A stretch of DNA of 64,000 nt from Glycera tridactyla (taxonomy: Eukaryota), in contig OZ286464.1 of NCBI GenBank assembly GCA_965644265.1, positions 98,518,001 through 98,582,000 of the forward strand, read 5' to 3'. The notes under the pieces are model-generated. The model was not told the origin of the DNA, did not search any database, and saw nothing but the letters and a program-made list of their open reading frames with translations. A program made the position numbers and the translations under genes. Each line of letters opens with the position of its first letter. Positions within the stretch are counted from its first letter, which is position 1. Below, piece by piece: positions 25,182 to 37,019 of this stretch.

Positions 25182-26270
25182 TTACTCTGGAGGAGTAACC
25201 AAGGACTGACCCACTACAAGAGGACCCAGTGAGTACAAGTCCATGGCTTGTCCACATAAGTCCCTCAAATAGAAGGTGGCAAAAGTACTTGCAGATCGCC
25301 AGTAAGCTGCCTGCATAATATCTGACACCGAGGAGGATCTGTTAAAGAGTCTCCACGATGCCGCCATGAGAGGACACATTATCACCAATTGTGTCCCCCT
25401 CTCCTGCGGCTTTGTGAGCTTTCACTATAACTGTCTGAATCCACTTTGTAATATTACAGACAGTAAGTTCTGACTTAGACGCTCGGGACACGGGAACAAA
25501 CAGCCTTCTTCTGGTGCCCCTGAAAGCTGTAACTCTTACCAGGTAATGTCTCAATGTTCTGACTGGACATAACACCTGATGGTCTGACAACACCCCAGCA
25601 CCTGTGGGAATTGCCGGAATTGTAATAAGGGGCAATTGCTTATCAGGAGCCTGGTTTTTAGCCAAAATCCCCGGAATGAACGTCAGAGTTACTTTAGAGA
25701 AATCTCTAGTGAACTTGATCGCACCTGGTAAACCAGACAGAGCATGTAGCTGGCTTCTCCCCCTTCCTGAGGCCAAGGATAGAAGGAAACAGTCTTGCAA
25801 GTCAAATCCTCCAATGAAGACTCGGAAAGAGGTTCGAAGGGAGCCAAGGATAAAAATCTCAAAACTACCGGCAAATTCCACGCTGGTAAGACCTTCCTTG
25901 CGACAGGTCTGTCCAAAGACATATTTCTCAAGAGAGCCCGTAAATCATGTGAATCGAGAGACTGGTTACCATAGTGAATAAGAACTGTAGCCATCGAGGA
26001 CTTGTAACCCTTCAATGTCTCTATGTTCTTGCCTTGGTCCCAAAGACTCATGAAGAAATTCAACACGGTTGCCATGGATGCCTTGGTCGGATCCGACCTA
26101 TGGTTCCGACACCACTGTGCCCACACCTCCCACCTGGCATTATATACCCTCTCCGTGGAGCTTCTGGTAGGTCTTGTGACTCGAATGACAGCCTCATTTG
26201 AGTAGCCTCTGGAGACAAGGGCATTCCTGATAAACACCAGGCGTGGATGTTCAGGCTTTGAGGCCGCCAA
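25182..26270 (-). pseudogene. DIRS tyrosine recombinase (frameshifted; HxxR region disrupted)
   Basis: PAWNLPVVLRFLSLAPFEPL..FLLSLASGRGRSQLHAL..LCPVRTLRHYL..NVSSH / MAASW..AAYWRSASTFATFYLRDL. Confidence 0.88.
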
Positions 26271-28266
26271 TGGTTCAGCCTCCTACCCTTCACCACCTGG
26301 GTCAGGATGTCCCTCGTCTCGGGCAGTTGGATCGGATCCATCACTGCCAGCTCCAGCAGATCGGGTAACCAGGCCTGGTTGGGCCACCACGGTGACACGC
26401 AAATCACAACAATCTCCTGATCCCGAATTCTGTTGAGAACATCCCTGAGAAGAGATGTCGGAGGATAAACGTATGCGATCGGAAACTGGTTCCACTGTAT
26501 AGACAGAGCGTCGACTGCTAATGCCTGGGGATCCGATATTGGACTTATGAATACCGGGAGGCGCTTGTTGGCAAATGTGGCAATGAGATCCACCAGGGGT
26601 GAGACTCCAAACAGATCCATGATCTGTTCGAAAGCCACCGGGTTCAACTCCCACTCTGTTTGTACTGGTTTCGCTCTGGACAACGAATCTGCCAGAACGT
26701 TTCTTTGACCTGGTATATGTCTTATTAGAAGGACAGTCGACCTGACATGGGCAAACATGTGATTCTGCCATGCCAGACCGCACAAAAGAGAACTGTGGGT
26801 CCCCCCCTCCTGGTTCCTCACGTATGCCACTGCTGTGGCATTGTCTGATAGGACTAAGACAAATGAGATTGCTATCAGATGATGAAATGCCTCGAGGGCC
26901 GGAAGAATGGTCTCTAGTTCCAGAGAATTTATCGATCTCTCGCTGTAGCTGGACGGCCAATCTCCCGACACCTGATCCCTGACTTCCTATCCCACTATTG
27001 ACGCTTCCCAACCGGACAGGGATGCGTCTGTGGTCAGAGTCAGCTGAGGTTCTGGCAGAACTATTGATATCCCCTGAAGGGTGTTCTGTCTCTGGGACCA
27101 CCAAAGTAACATGTCTCTGACTTCTACTGACAGCTGAATCATCTGTTCCAAGCTGTCTACCTGTGGTCTCCACTGTGCTAATAGACACAACTGGATCGGC
27201 CTCATGTGAAGCCTCCCCAGCCAAATGTAGTCTGAGAGACTTGCCATGTGGCCCAGAAGTCGTTGGCTGAACTGGCCTTTGCAAGAAAAGGTTGAAACAG
27301 CTCCCCAGTCTCACCACTCTTTCCTCTGTCGGCGATACTAACTGAGTTTGAGTGTTGGATAACACTCCCAGATATGTAAACTGTTGGCTTGGCGTCAACT
27401 CGGACTTTTCTCTGTTGACCAACCAGCCAAGACTTTCCGCCATCTCCAGCACATAGTGCAACTGGTCTACGAGGACCGACTGATCTTGATGCCTGATCAG
27501 CCAGTCGTCCAAGTACATGTGTATCTTGATACCTTGTGAGTGTAGATGGTGCGCCATCTCTCTCAAGACCATCGTGAATATCCGCGGTGCCGAACAAAGG
27601 CCGATAGGTGGAGCTCTGAACTGAAAAGCCCTGCTTTCCGACACCACAAATCTCAAATATCTCTGATGATCTTTGTGTATAGGGACATGGAAATAAGCGT
27701 CGCGGAGATCGATCGAAACCGACCAATCCCCGGGACGGACTGCTTTCACGACTGATCTCACTGTCTCCATCTTGAAGCTTTGGTTGTAAATCAACCGATT
27801 CAATGGCTTCAAATTTATCACCGGGTGGAATCCGCCCGGAGCCTTCGTCACCAGGAACAGGTTGCTGTATAAACCTGGTGGTGACTCCAGAGTGAGAGGG
27901 ACAATGGCCCTCTTCTCTAACATTTTCGAGATTTCTCCTTCCAGAGCTTGGTGTCGAACGCTTCCCACCCTTGGTCCTGAGAAAGGTAAGAAGACGTCCG
28001 ACAGCACTGGTTCTCGGTCGAAACTTTATCATAAGACCGTCCCGTATTATAGACAGGATGAATCCATTGTGAGTCAATCCTTCCCACGCCGAGAGAAACT
28101 GAGACAGTCTGGCCCCCACACATTCTAACGGGAGAGTGGCGTTTGGAGCCCAAGGGCTGGTTGCCCCGACTGCGACCGCCACGTCTGAAGAACGGCCTCT
28201 TCTTACCACGCTGAGACTGGCCTCTCTGCTGGTTTTGCTGGTTTTGATTTTGTGGTTTAGGATCAT
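26060..28266 (-). pseudogene. pol: DIRS RT - RNase H - DNA N6-adenine methyltransferase-like ORF (frameshifted)
   Basis: YSNLFLVTKAPGGFHPVINLKPLN, SIDLRDAYFHVPI, YLDDWLI; TTDASLSGW, INSLELET, SDNATAVAY; VDLIATFANKRLPVFISP, AYVYPPTSLL, PWWPNQAW. Confidence 0.92.
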
Positions 28267-31200
28267 AGGTTACAGCTGCTGTGGTAGCCCCTCTACCTCT
28301 AGCTCTGCCCCTCCAAGCACTGCCTCTGGACCTTGCTGCTGACTTTACTTGTGACTTAGCGCCACGGAATGACGCAGTATATTTCACTGAGTCTGCTGAC
28401 GCAGCATGACTCTTCAACGCTGCAGACCGTCATGTAAGCTGCATGTTAGCTGCTACCTTCGAGACTATGAAAGTAGCGTGCTCCACTGCTTTCATTCCCA
28501 CATTGATAGAGATCTCTGCCCTTTCAGCCAAGTCCTGGATATCCATGAGATCCTGTTGGGTAGATCAAATACCAGCCCCCAGAGCAATATCTGCATACGA
28601 CAGAACATTGAGAGACTCGCGGAGCATACTCTCCTCTGGGGATGGTTTCAAGTCATTCTTAGAGGTGGTACCAAACTGTGAGTAATCAGCATCAAGAACC
28701 GACGCTTCAACCAAATGACTGTCTGGAACGAACCCAGACTGATGAACCTTATACACCCTCGAATTGCACCCAAACACCTGTGGGAAATTCTGTTTAAAGG
28801 TTCTTGTGAGCCCCTCTGAAACACCCCCTTTCCCTACCACAAATTCAGATAATTCAGCGTCATCCTCTATCAAGGGATGATGTTGTTCTCGGCCCTGAAG
28901 GGATCTATCTAGAAAGGGGAAGAGCATTGTCAATGAGCCTTTCGACCTCTTTGGACCTATGCTCGGCATCAAAGGAAACGTCTCCCACATTCGGGCCTAT
29001 TCCCCACGGATCAAGATGTGTGGGATCCGGCTGATTGCGATAGGTAGGAAGAATTTCAGTGGCAAACCTTCTAAAAGTCTGCATCCTACGCGTCTGTGCA
29101 GGCCTTTCTGCTTCTTCCTCCTCACTTTTACTCACATTAGCTGTCGCTGTTGCCGCAGCTACAGCTTCTTTTGTGGCCTTCAATTCCTGTCTAACTGATT
29201 GAAGCTCTGACCTCATACTTTGTACGAAAGCGAGAGTAGCTGACTCTTCGCCACTTTGACCTCTAGGAGGTACCTGAACCTGTGGCACAGGTGTAGCTCC
29301 AGGTGTAGCTCTAGTTATCTGTGGCTCGATCCGATCAATATCCTCATCATCTGAGGGAGCTACTGACACTGTAGCTGAGGCTTTGGTATTCCTCATCCTA
29401 CTCCACCAGTCTGGTGGTGCTCTTTTCTTGATCCCAGAAGGTGGCCCCACCTGACTAGACTCCCCAGACAACTTCCTCTTTTTGTGAGTCTGCAACTGAG
29501 TAGTATCCTTGGTCCTAATGAGACCATAGTGTACCTCAGAAACCGTCCTCTGTCCCTGCTGTACATTTATCTTCATCGGACCCGCTCTCTCATGCAGCAT
29601 GGACGCTAACCTCTGTGAAGGGTCGTCCTCTGCCCTGGCTTCAGACCCTGATCCGAAAATGGCAGCAGGTAATTTTTCTGGTTCATAGTGACTACTGTCA
29701 TCTGATTCCGGATTCTCGCCACCTTCTGAAGATGACTGAACCACCTCTGGATCACGGTGTACCAACGCCTGGTGTTGGACCTGAACAACACTAGACGTCC
29801 CTTTCAGAAGGCCTGTGCCATAACCATATTTTAAGGACTGAGGATCCCTATGGCCTGTTTCTGATGCCCTGACCGGCGAATAGTCATGACTGGTCAAATC
29901 CCTAACCTGAGTTTCACAGTGATGTCCGGTGCCCCAGACTCTACCCGATGATTGACTTAACTCAGGCTGTTTATGGCTACTCTCTCTAGAGTTGCTGGAT
30001 CCCTGAGCACTGTGTTTGGCCTGTTTATATTCACGTGCACTGGGATTGCTCTCAGAAGACTGCCCTGTGCCCCGTACCTTGTCTGATACATTCCTGTTAC
30101 TGCCAGACCCCGAACGACTCTCAAAAGAGTGCCTGGTGCCAGGTGCCGTCGCTGGAACATGCACAGGGCCCTGAACCTTGGAACTAACCTCAATAGGCTG
30201 CCCCGAGCCTGGTGCCCCGTCAGACACACGCCTGGCGCCCCGAGCCCCAGAACTGCCCTCAATAGAGCGCTCCGAGCCCGGTGCCTCTGCAGAAGCTTGT
30301 CCTGCACCTAGAGCATCAGGACTGCCCTCAATAGAGCGCCCCGTGCCTGGTGCCCCGACAGAAGCTTGTGTGGCACCCTGAGCCCCAGGACCACCCTCAA
30401 TAGAGTGCCCTGTGCCTGGTGCCCTGGCAGAAGCTTGTCCCGCATCAGAACATCAGGATCGCCCTCGATAGAGCGCCCCGTGCCCGGTGCCCTGACCAAA
30501 GCTTTGGCGCCCTGAGCCCCAGGACAACTCTCAAAAGAGTGCCTGGTGCCCGGTGCCCTGCCCTGAGTGAGTTCTGAACTCTGTGACTCTGTCCCAGTGC
30601 CCGGCGCCCGGACAAAATGCCCGGTGCCCGGCAACCTGACAGAGACTTGTTTAGCACCCTCAGCATCCCGGGTACCCTCAACAGAATGCCCTGTGCCTGG
30701 TGCCCTGACAGAACTATGTTTTGAACCTCTAGGTTCCTGGGTATGCCCTGCAGAACTATGCAGAATGTGTTCTGTTTGTTTGGACTTTTTAGAAGGCCGT
30801 GTGTCCTTCTCTGAGTGTTTCTTTCAGTCATAAACAGGAAGACTCTGAGCTGAATTTGTACTTCTCTGCTTTGTAGAAAAACTAGCTGTTTCAAACCCCG
30901 GCTCACTATGCTGGCCTGCCCTCAGTTCAGCCTTAAACACAAGGGAGTCTGAGGCTTGCGATGGACCTAATGGTGGTCTAAAGGACATACCTCCATAAGG
31001 GGTAACTACCAATGTGGCCTGATGCGTCTTCTCTGTGTCTGCGATGGATGACCTACTCACGGAAGATTTCGGTGAAATCTTAGCCCACTTAGTAGAACTC
31101 ACTATCTTTCTACTAGACTGGGCCATGTCTCCTGGCAACTTAAGGATGGGCAACGAAACTCGTGGTGACCTGTTCAGGATCCTATCTGATGCACCCTGAA

Positions 31201-31453
31201 CTACAGAGGAGCGAACTGAAGGGGAAGACTTGGACTCTTGCTTTTTCTGAACATACCTCCGAGATTTGTATGAACGGCGAGCATAGTGACGCTGCCATTC
31301 AGCATCAGTCCATGCCTCGCAGACATCACATAACACCTCTTCCCTACTCTCACTCTCCCCATGCCCACAGTCTCTACACGAGGGACAGTTGTCATGTCTA
31401 TCCCATCCCCTGAGGAAATGCCCACACATTCCTTTACGTGAGCCTTGAGACAT
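28136..31453 (-). pseudogene. gag: DIRS gag (N-terminal Cys/His zinc-binding region, internal repeats), frameshifted
   Basis: MSQGSRKGMCGHFLRGWDRHDNCPSCRDC..CDVCEAWTDAEW resembles DIRS Gag N-termini, and it lies upstream of RT. Confidence 0.75.
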
Positions 31454-32206
31454 GATTCAAACACAATGTGTGTGTAACAACCTTTATTTCTGGTGTGTCA
31501 TAGACCTTTGAGGCCTTGTAAGAGATATGAAAATCACAGACACTCAATGAGCGTCGTTTCAGGGTGTGTGCGTGTAACGTGTGTAAAGATGCAACTCAAT
31601 GAGGTGCCCAGTGACACCCGCCAGGTATCCTGCAGTCCAGTGACAGTCAAATCAGCTGTCAGATCAGCGCTGATCTACAATGCACAATACCTGCGAGTGA
31701 CACAAACAGAGCACGTCAGCGCGAAGAGCGCCGGAGATTACACTGAGTCAACAATTCAGGAGCCTGTGCAGAGCGCAATATGGAGCGCCCGGAGACGCAC
31801 AGGCCTCGTTCGGCGCACTGCCGTTCCGGCAGAACACGCATTGGTAACACGCCGTGTACCGCGCGAGTACTTTCAAACGCTACGAAATGCGCAACGCGTG
31901 ACCGATATGATCTCTAAATTGTAGCGAAAGTACCTCCACACGCGAAACAGATGTGTTAGGCTGAAAATCGTAGATTTTCGACAGGAATTTTCTATCTCAA
32001 AACCTTTACAAATGGCCGAAAAAAGAAAATACGAAGCTCACATGCGCGCAGTCCGCCTAGTTTTTCATAATTGCGGTGGATGGCGGTGTCGCGGCGGCGG
32101 AAGGGTGCATGCCTCTAAATAAATCTTCCATATGTTGGGAAGTTCGGACGTAGGTAGTTGATCATCAGGGATGCAGAATTTGAGGGAGAGACAGGTACGG
32201 TATTTA

Positions 32207-32840
32207 ACTTACTGCGTTATAAGACATGGGCACAGCCCTATGGTCATGACTTTCTGAGTTATAAGACATGGGCACAGCACCATGGTCATGACCTACTGCT
32301 TTATAAGACATGGGCGAAACCCCATGGTCATGACTCACTGCGTCATAAGACATGGGCACAGCCCTATACTCATGACTTACTGCGTTATAAGACATGGGCA
32401 AAGCCCTATACTCATGACTTACTGCATTATGAGACATGGGCACAGCCCTATGGTCATGACTTACTGCGTTATAAGACAAGGGAACAGCCCCATGGTCATG
32501 ACTTACTGCGTTATAAGACATGGGCACAGCCCTATGGTCATGACTTACTGCATTATAAGACATGGGCACAGCCCTATTGTCATGACTTACTACGTTATAA
32601 GACATGGGCAAAGCCCCATGGTCATGACTTACTGCGTTATAAGACATGGGCACAGCTCCATTTTCATGACTTACTGCGTTATAAGACATGGGCAAAGCCC
32701 TATGGTCATGACTTACTGCGTTATAAGACATGGGCACAGCCCTATGGTCATGATTTACTGCGTTATAAGACATGGGCACAGCCCCATTGTCATGACTTAC
32801 TGCATTATGAGACATGGGCACAGCCCTATGGTCATGACTT
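32207..32840. repeat. 42-bp minisatellite, right flank of the DIRS insertion
   Basis: The array resumes in register after the element (ACTTACTGCGTTATAAG). Confidence 0.95.
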
Positions 32841-33163
32841 ATGTTGGATATCTTGTCTGATGTTTCGGATATGTGTTTTGGGTATGAGGCAATGAAGAGT
32901 GAACAGACAAAATATCCCCAATGTTCAAGGTTTGTCCCCTAAATCTGTAGGCCATAGTTACCTGTAATGTGCCTATCTCCAGTTGCAACAGGCAGGTCCT
33001 GCATCTGGTTGGCTGAGCGGCCAGAGGCACACGAGGCCGCAGGCCGAGTGTGCCTCTGGCCGCTCAGTCAACCGAGTTAGGAATAGCAAGCGGATCTCAC
33101 ACCCCAATGTCGTCTCACTTTTCTCCCATGACAAACGTGCTGTTCGTTCACCTGCCACATGCC

Positions 33164-33194
<31 letters not shown>

Positions 33195-33201
33195 TCAGGC
33201 A

Positions 33202-33263
33202 CAGTGAGGGCGCGCGTCAGGTAATCAAACATTCGTTTGTTTGCCTGACACGTGCCCTCACTG
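33202..33263. other. 62-nt near-perfect hairpin (29-bp arms, 4-nt loop)
   Basis: CAGTGAGGGCGCGCGTCAGGTAATCAAAC-ATTC-GTTTGTTTGCCTGACACGTGCCCTCACTG has 25 of 29 Watson-Crick pairs plus 2 G-U. Confidence 0.8.
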
Positions 33264-33649
33264 CCGTCGTCGTTGTCATGTGTGTCACCATAGCAACGAT
33301 TGTATCAGCATGAGTGACGTGACGTCACAATGCAATGGATGCACCGGCGGCCAGGAGTTTGAGATTCATGTAATCTCACAACCCCCAATCTCACACTCAA
33401 AATGACACAGGCATGGGAGAATGGGCATAATTTAGCCTTCACTGTGAGGTTTTTGGATTGCTTGAATCCAGTTACAAGTTTTATTCCAGAGAGCTCTTTG
33501 GTGGTGGAGCACCTTTGGATAACGCCGAAGAAATATATATACGTTTTTACAGAATAAAAGTGTGGATACCTTCAAAAATATATGCTTGTCTTATTTTGAT
33601 ATGTTCAGAACAGATCTTAAAAATGTCATTGCCACTTTGAACTTTTTTT

Positions 33650-36600
33650 CCAGGGGAATAGTCAACCTCTCAAGCTTCGCTTTGAAAGACCATCACAAAT
33701 CACTTTTAGAAAAAGGTCTCACATTTTGCCCGACCCCCGGGGAACTGGTAATGGGAGATCTCACAGAAATTTTAGGCTTAAAGCATTTTTTGACAAAGGT
33801 CAAGACAAAAGCGAAGCTTAGAAGAAACTACTAAGGGAAATCGTTCTTGAAGTCAGTCGTTGACCTTGGACAATATGCCACGAATCATACAACCACGACC
33901 AATTTCATTGATTCCTTTTGAACATAATGATTTTGCTCATAAATCTACTTGGCAACTCGATAACAGCCCTTCGGCTCTTGAAAGTATGATCATGGTCAAT
34001 GAGCTTAAACTTGCAAAATTTAAGTGTACCACCCTTTTAGGACAATAGAGAACTATTCTAATCACTCCTGTTGACATGATAAACTATGTGATATTTGTCT
34101 ACTAACTATTTTTTGTACGCTACTAACCGTGTTTGATTGACTTTGTATAAACGCTGCTCTGGAGAAGGTTGTCTATTGGTAGACAGCTAATTGTAAACAT
34201 TGTTTCAAAAAAAAGTTTTTTATTCTGATCTATTCTATTCAAAATCCGAACGTCAAGGTGTTCAGAACTCAGGTCTGATCCTTCAATTATCAAAAAGAAG
34301 GCAGACAAGGGCTCCAGTATAGTCATCATAAATCAAGAAGACTACATGGAAGAAGGCTACTGCCAATTGTCGGCTGGTAAGTTCTATGTGAGAACCACTG
34401 AAAACCTAACAGAGGTACACAACCAGAGAGTGAAATCCATTGTGAATGAACTTGAAGAGAATGGTGAAATTGGACCCAAGGCCAGTGAATATCTCGTATT
34501 CAATGACCCGAGAATTGCCCAGTTTTATCTTCTTCCAAAAATTCACGAACACCTTGGTTGTCCCTCTGGACGCCCAATAGCCTTGGCTAATGTATGCCCC
34601 ACAGAGAGAATTTCAGCATTTGTAGATTTTTTCTTAAAACCATTTATGCCGAAAATAAAGTCTTTCCTCAGGGACACCACTGATTTTCTTCTGGAAATAG
34701 ATTATATGGGAAAAGTCCCGGCAGGTAGCATCTTGGCAACTCTGGATGTAACCAGCCTTTATACCAATATCCCAACTGATGAAGGAATTGAGAGTGTACG
34801 CAGGTTTCTGTCCATCCACAGGAGTACCCCAGGTAACCCGTCCAACGACACATTGTGCCACCTCCTGGAAACTACATTGAAATGTAATAATTTCCAGTTC
34901 AATGAAGAAATTTTCTTGCAGGTGGGGGCACAGCAATGGGCACTAGAGTAGCGACAAGCCTTGTGAATATTTTTATGGCAGATTTTGAGAAACACCATGT
35001 ATACTCACAAAAGTCACAACCAATATTGTACAAAGTGTTTTTGGAAGACATAATTATGATCTGGACCAAAGGGGCAGACGAATTTGACAAATTTGTCAAC
35101 TCACTCAATCAGTGCCACCCAACCATTGAATTCACATTGGAACAATCAACCTCAAACATGAATTTTCTGGACACCACGCTACAACTGGACCTGGATGAAG
35201 CACTGTGGACGGACCTGTACTGCAAACCTACAGACAGCCACTCATACCTGCACAACACATCTGCACACCCACCACACAATAAAATGGGGGTACCTTATAA
35301 CTGCTGCAGGTTAGACGCATTTGCATTAGAAATAGTGATTTTGTCAAACATAGCACAGTTCTGATGTGCCATTCCATGAGAGGCTTCCCAATGGATATTC
35401 TCAAAGAGGCACTTATGAAGACTTCAGGGAGGGTCCAAATGGACCACCTGAACGAACACCGGTTGAAGAGTCTAGATACAATGTCAGATAAAGATGACAC
35501 AGATGATATCTTTCTGATAACGACCTTCAACTCCAACTCCACATGCATACAGAGTCTGATCAAATCACACTGGGATCTCCTAAAAAGAGCAACAGCAACC
35601 AAGCTCTTAGCAGAGACCAGAGTGATTTTTGGTCATAGAGGAAGAGTACCACAAATCTGTCCAGAAAAAGGGAAACATCCATGTGGCAAACACATCAATA
35701 TGTGTAGCAACATAAAACGTAGATTTTGCCCACTTTTAGACCACTGGGCGGGAATATGATGCCAAATGGAATATTACATGCCAAAGCAGTGATCTCATTT
35801 ACTGTATTACATGTAAATCATTCTCCAAACAGTATGTAGGGCAAACAGGGAACAGCATACACTAACGTTTTGGAGCACACTCAGGGGCCATAGGCGGGAA
35901 AAATATGGCAGAAGATGTCAGCTGACATTTTTTGTCCAAAAGACCACCGTGGCCTCAGAGACTTGAAAATTCATGTGGTTGATTTTATCTATGCCCACCC
36001 AAAATGGGAGCACAGCGTCACACTAAGACTCCAGATAGAATTCAACTGGATTCATAGATTGAGGACCATGCTCCCACTCAGGCTCAATATCAAGGATAGA
36101 ACCCCCTTGAAAAAGGATGCCGAAATTGGAGGTTTTACCGTAAAAATGGGAAAATAAAGTCAAAAGGGAAACCAAGATGAACTCTCCAGGACACCTTTCA
36201 AGCCCACCAAGGGATCCCCAAGCCCTCCAGGGCACTACCATGAATATGTAAAAATTTAGGATGACTTTTTTCTATATATACTTTCTATATATATTTTTGA
36301 GAAGCTTGCTTGGCCTGTCACTTGCCTCATTATATAATCTCCTCATAATTACTGACAGACCCATCTGGCTGACCAATATATCCAAGTCCTCCATCTCCCC
36401 TGGTAGTCTGTAAACCTACACTGAAATTCAGGGACACAAGGTGCGACAGACATTCTCCACGAACGTCATGCATTGAAGAAATTTCGATAAACTTATTTAT
36501 TTAGTTCAACTAAATTTACTCACAACTGAGGGGAGAAGCCAGTATCATATACACAGTAACTCACCAGCTCAGAAGACTCACCAGGTTAGAATATTGTCAA

Positions 36601-36966
36601 TTTTCAAATCTACAGCCATTGGCTGGAATAAATGGGGATAATGAATGAAACTGCCAATTATCCCATGATAATCCAGCATAAATTGATTATTTAATTATTT
36701 TGGCAACTGATGAGGCCTATATGGCCGAAACTCGGATTAACTAGAACCTGTTGCACATCTCAGGATCTGGTATAGCAGTTGTGCCTAAAAATGGACAAGG
36801 CCATCTGCTGGGATGTCAAAAAGCATTTAGTTGCACAAAGATCCACTAGATGGCGTCAAAGATTGTTTTGATGCCACTGCCCAGCGACAAAATGCGACAT
36901 CGTCTATGACGTCATGACGTCCGTTCATGACTTCAATCCGAGTCTTGCCGTAACAGAGAGAGGAGG
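33650..36966 (+). mobile_element. Near-full-length degenerate PLE (Neptune-like): RT, Cys linker, GIY-YIG, 3' UTR with hammerhead
   Basis: IVNLSS..LLEKGLTFCPTP, IIKKADKGSSIVI, FYLLPKIH..GRPI, LDVTSLYTNIP, AMGTRVATSLVNIFM, TDLYCKPTDSHSYLH, CITCKSFSKQYVGQTG and NWIHRLRTMLPLRLN. Many frameshifts and stops. Confidence 0.93.
36701..36950 (+). ncRNA. Discontinuous type I hammerhead ribozyme, copy C
   Basis: TGGCAA-CTGATGA(36707-36713)-GGCC TATAT GGCC-GAAA-CTCGGATT ... 196 nt ... AATCCGA-GTC(36942-36944)-TTGCCG. Stem I is 5 bp plus a G-U pair, stem II 4 bp and stem III 9 bp. Confidence 0.85.
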
Positions 36967-37019
36967 TGCGTGCCTCATCCTCTTCATACATGTATGAATA
37001 TGTGTATATATGTATGTAT

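Larger units (their letters stand above)
24819..32209 (-). mobile_element. Full-length DIRS1-type tyrosine-recombinase retrotransposon, frameshifted
   Basis: ITRs ~24834-25006 and 32025-32198, internal complementary region ~25043-25140, and gene order gag - RT/RNase H/methyltransferase-like - YR on the minus strand. Confidence 0.95.

Noticed and set aside
31493-31924. 143-aa plus-strand ORF
   Set aside because: It is antisense within the DIRS 5' untranslated region and has no recognisable motifs.
35700-35930. In-frame TGA codons in the PLE endonuclease region as possible selenocysteine (Naiad-type PLE)
   Set aside because: The TGA at VS*HF aligns with Arg in the sister copy (ISRHY), consistent with CpG decay. 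I could not build a SECIS in the 3' UTRs.
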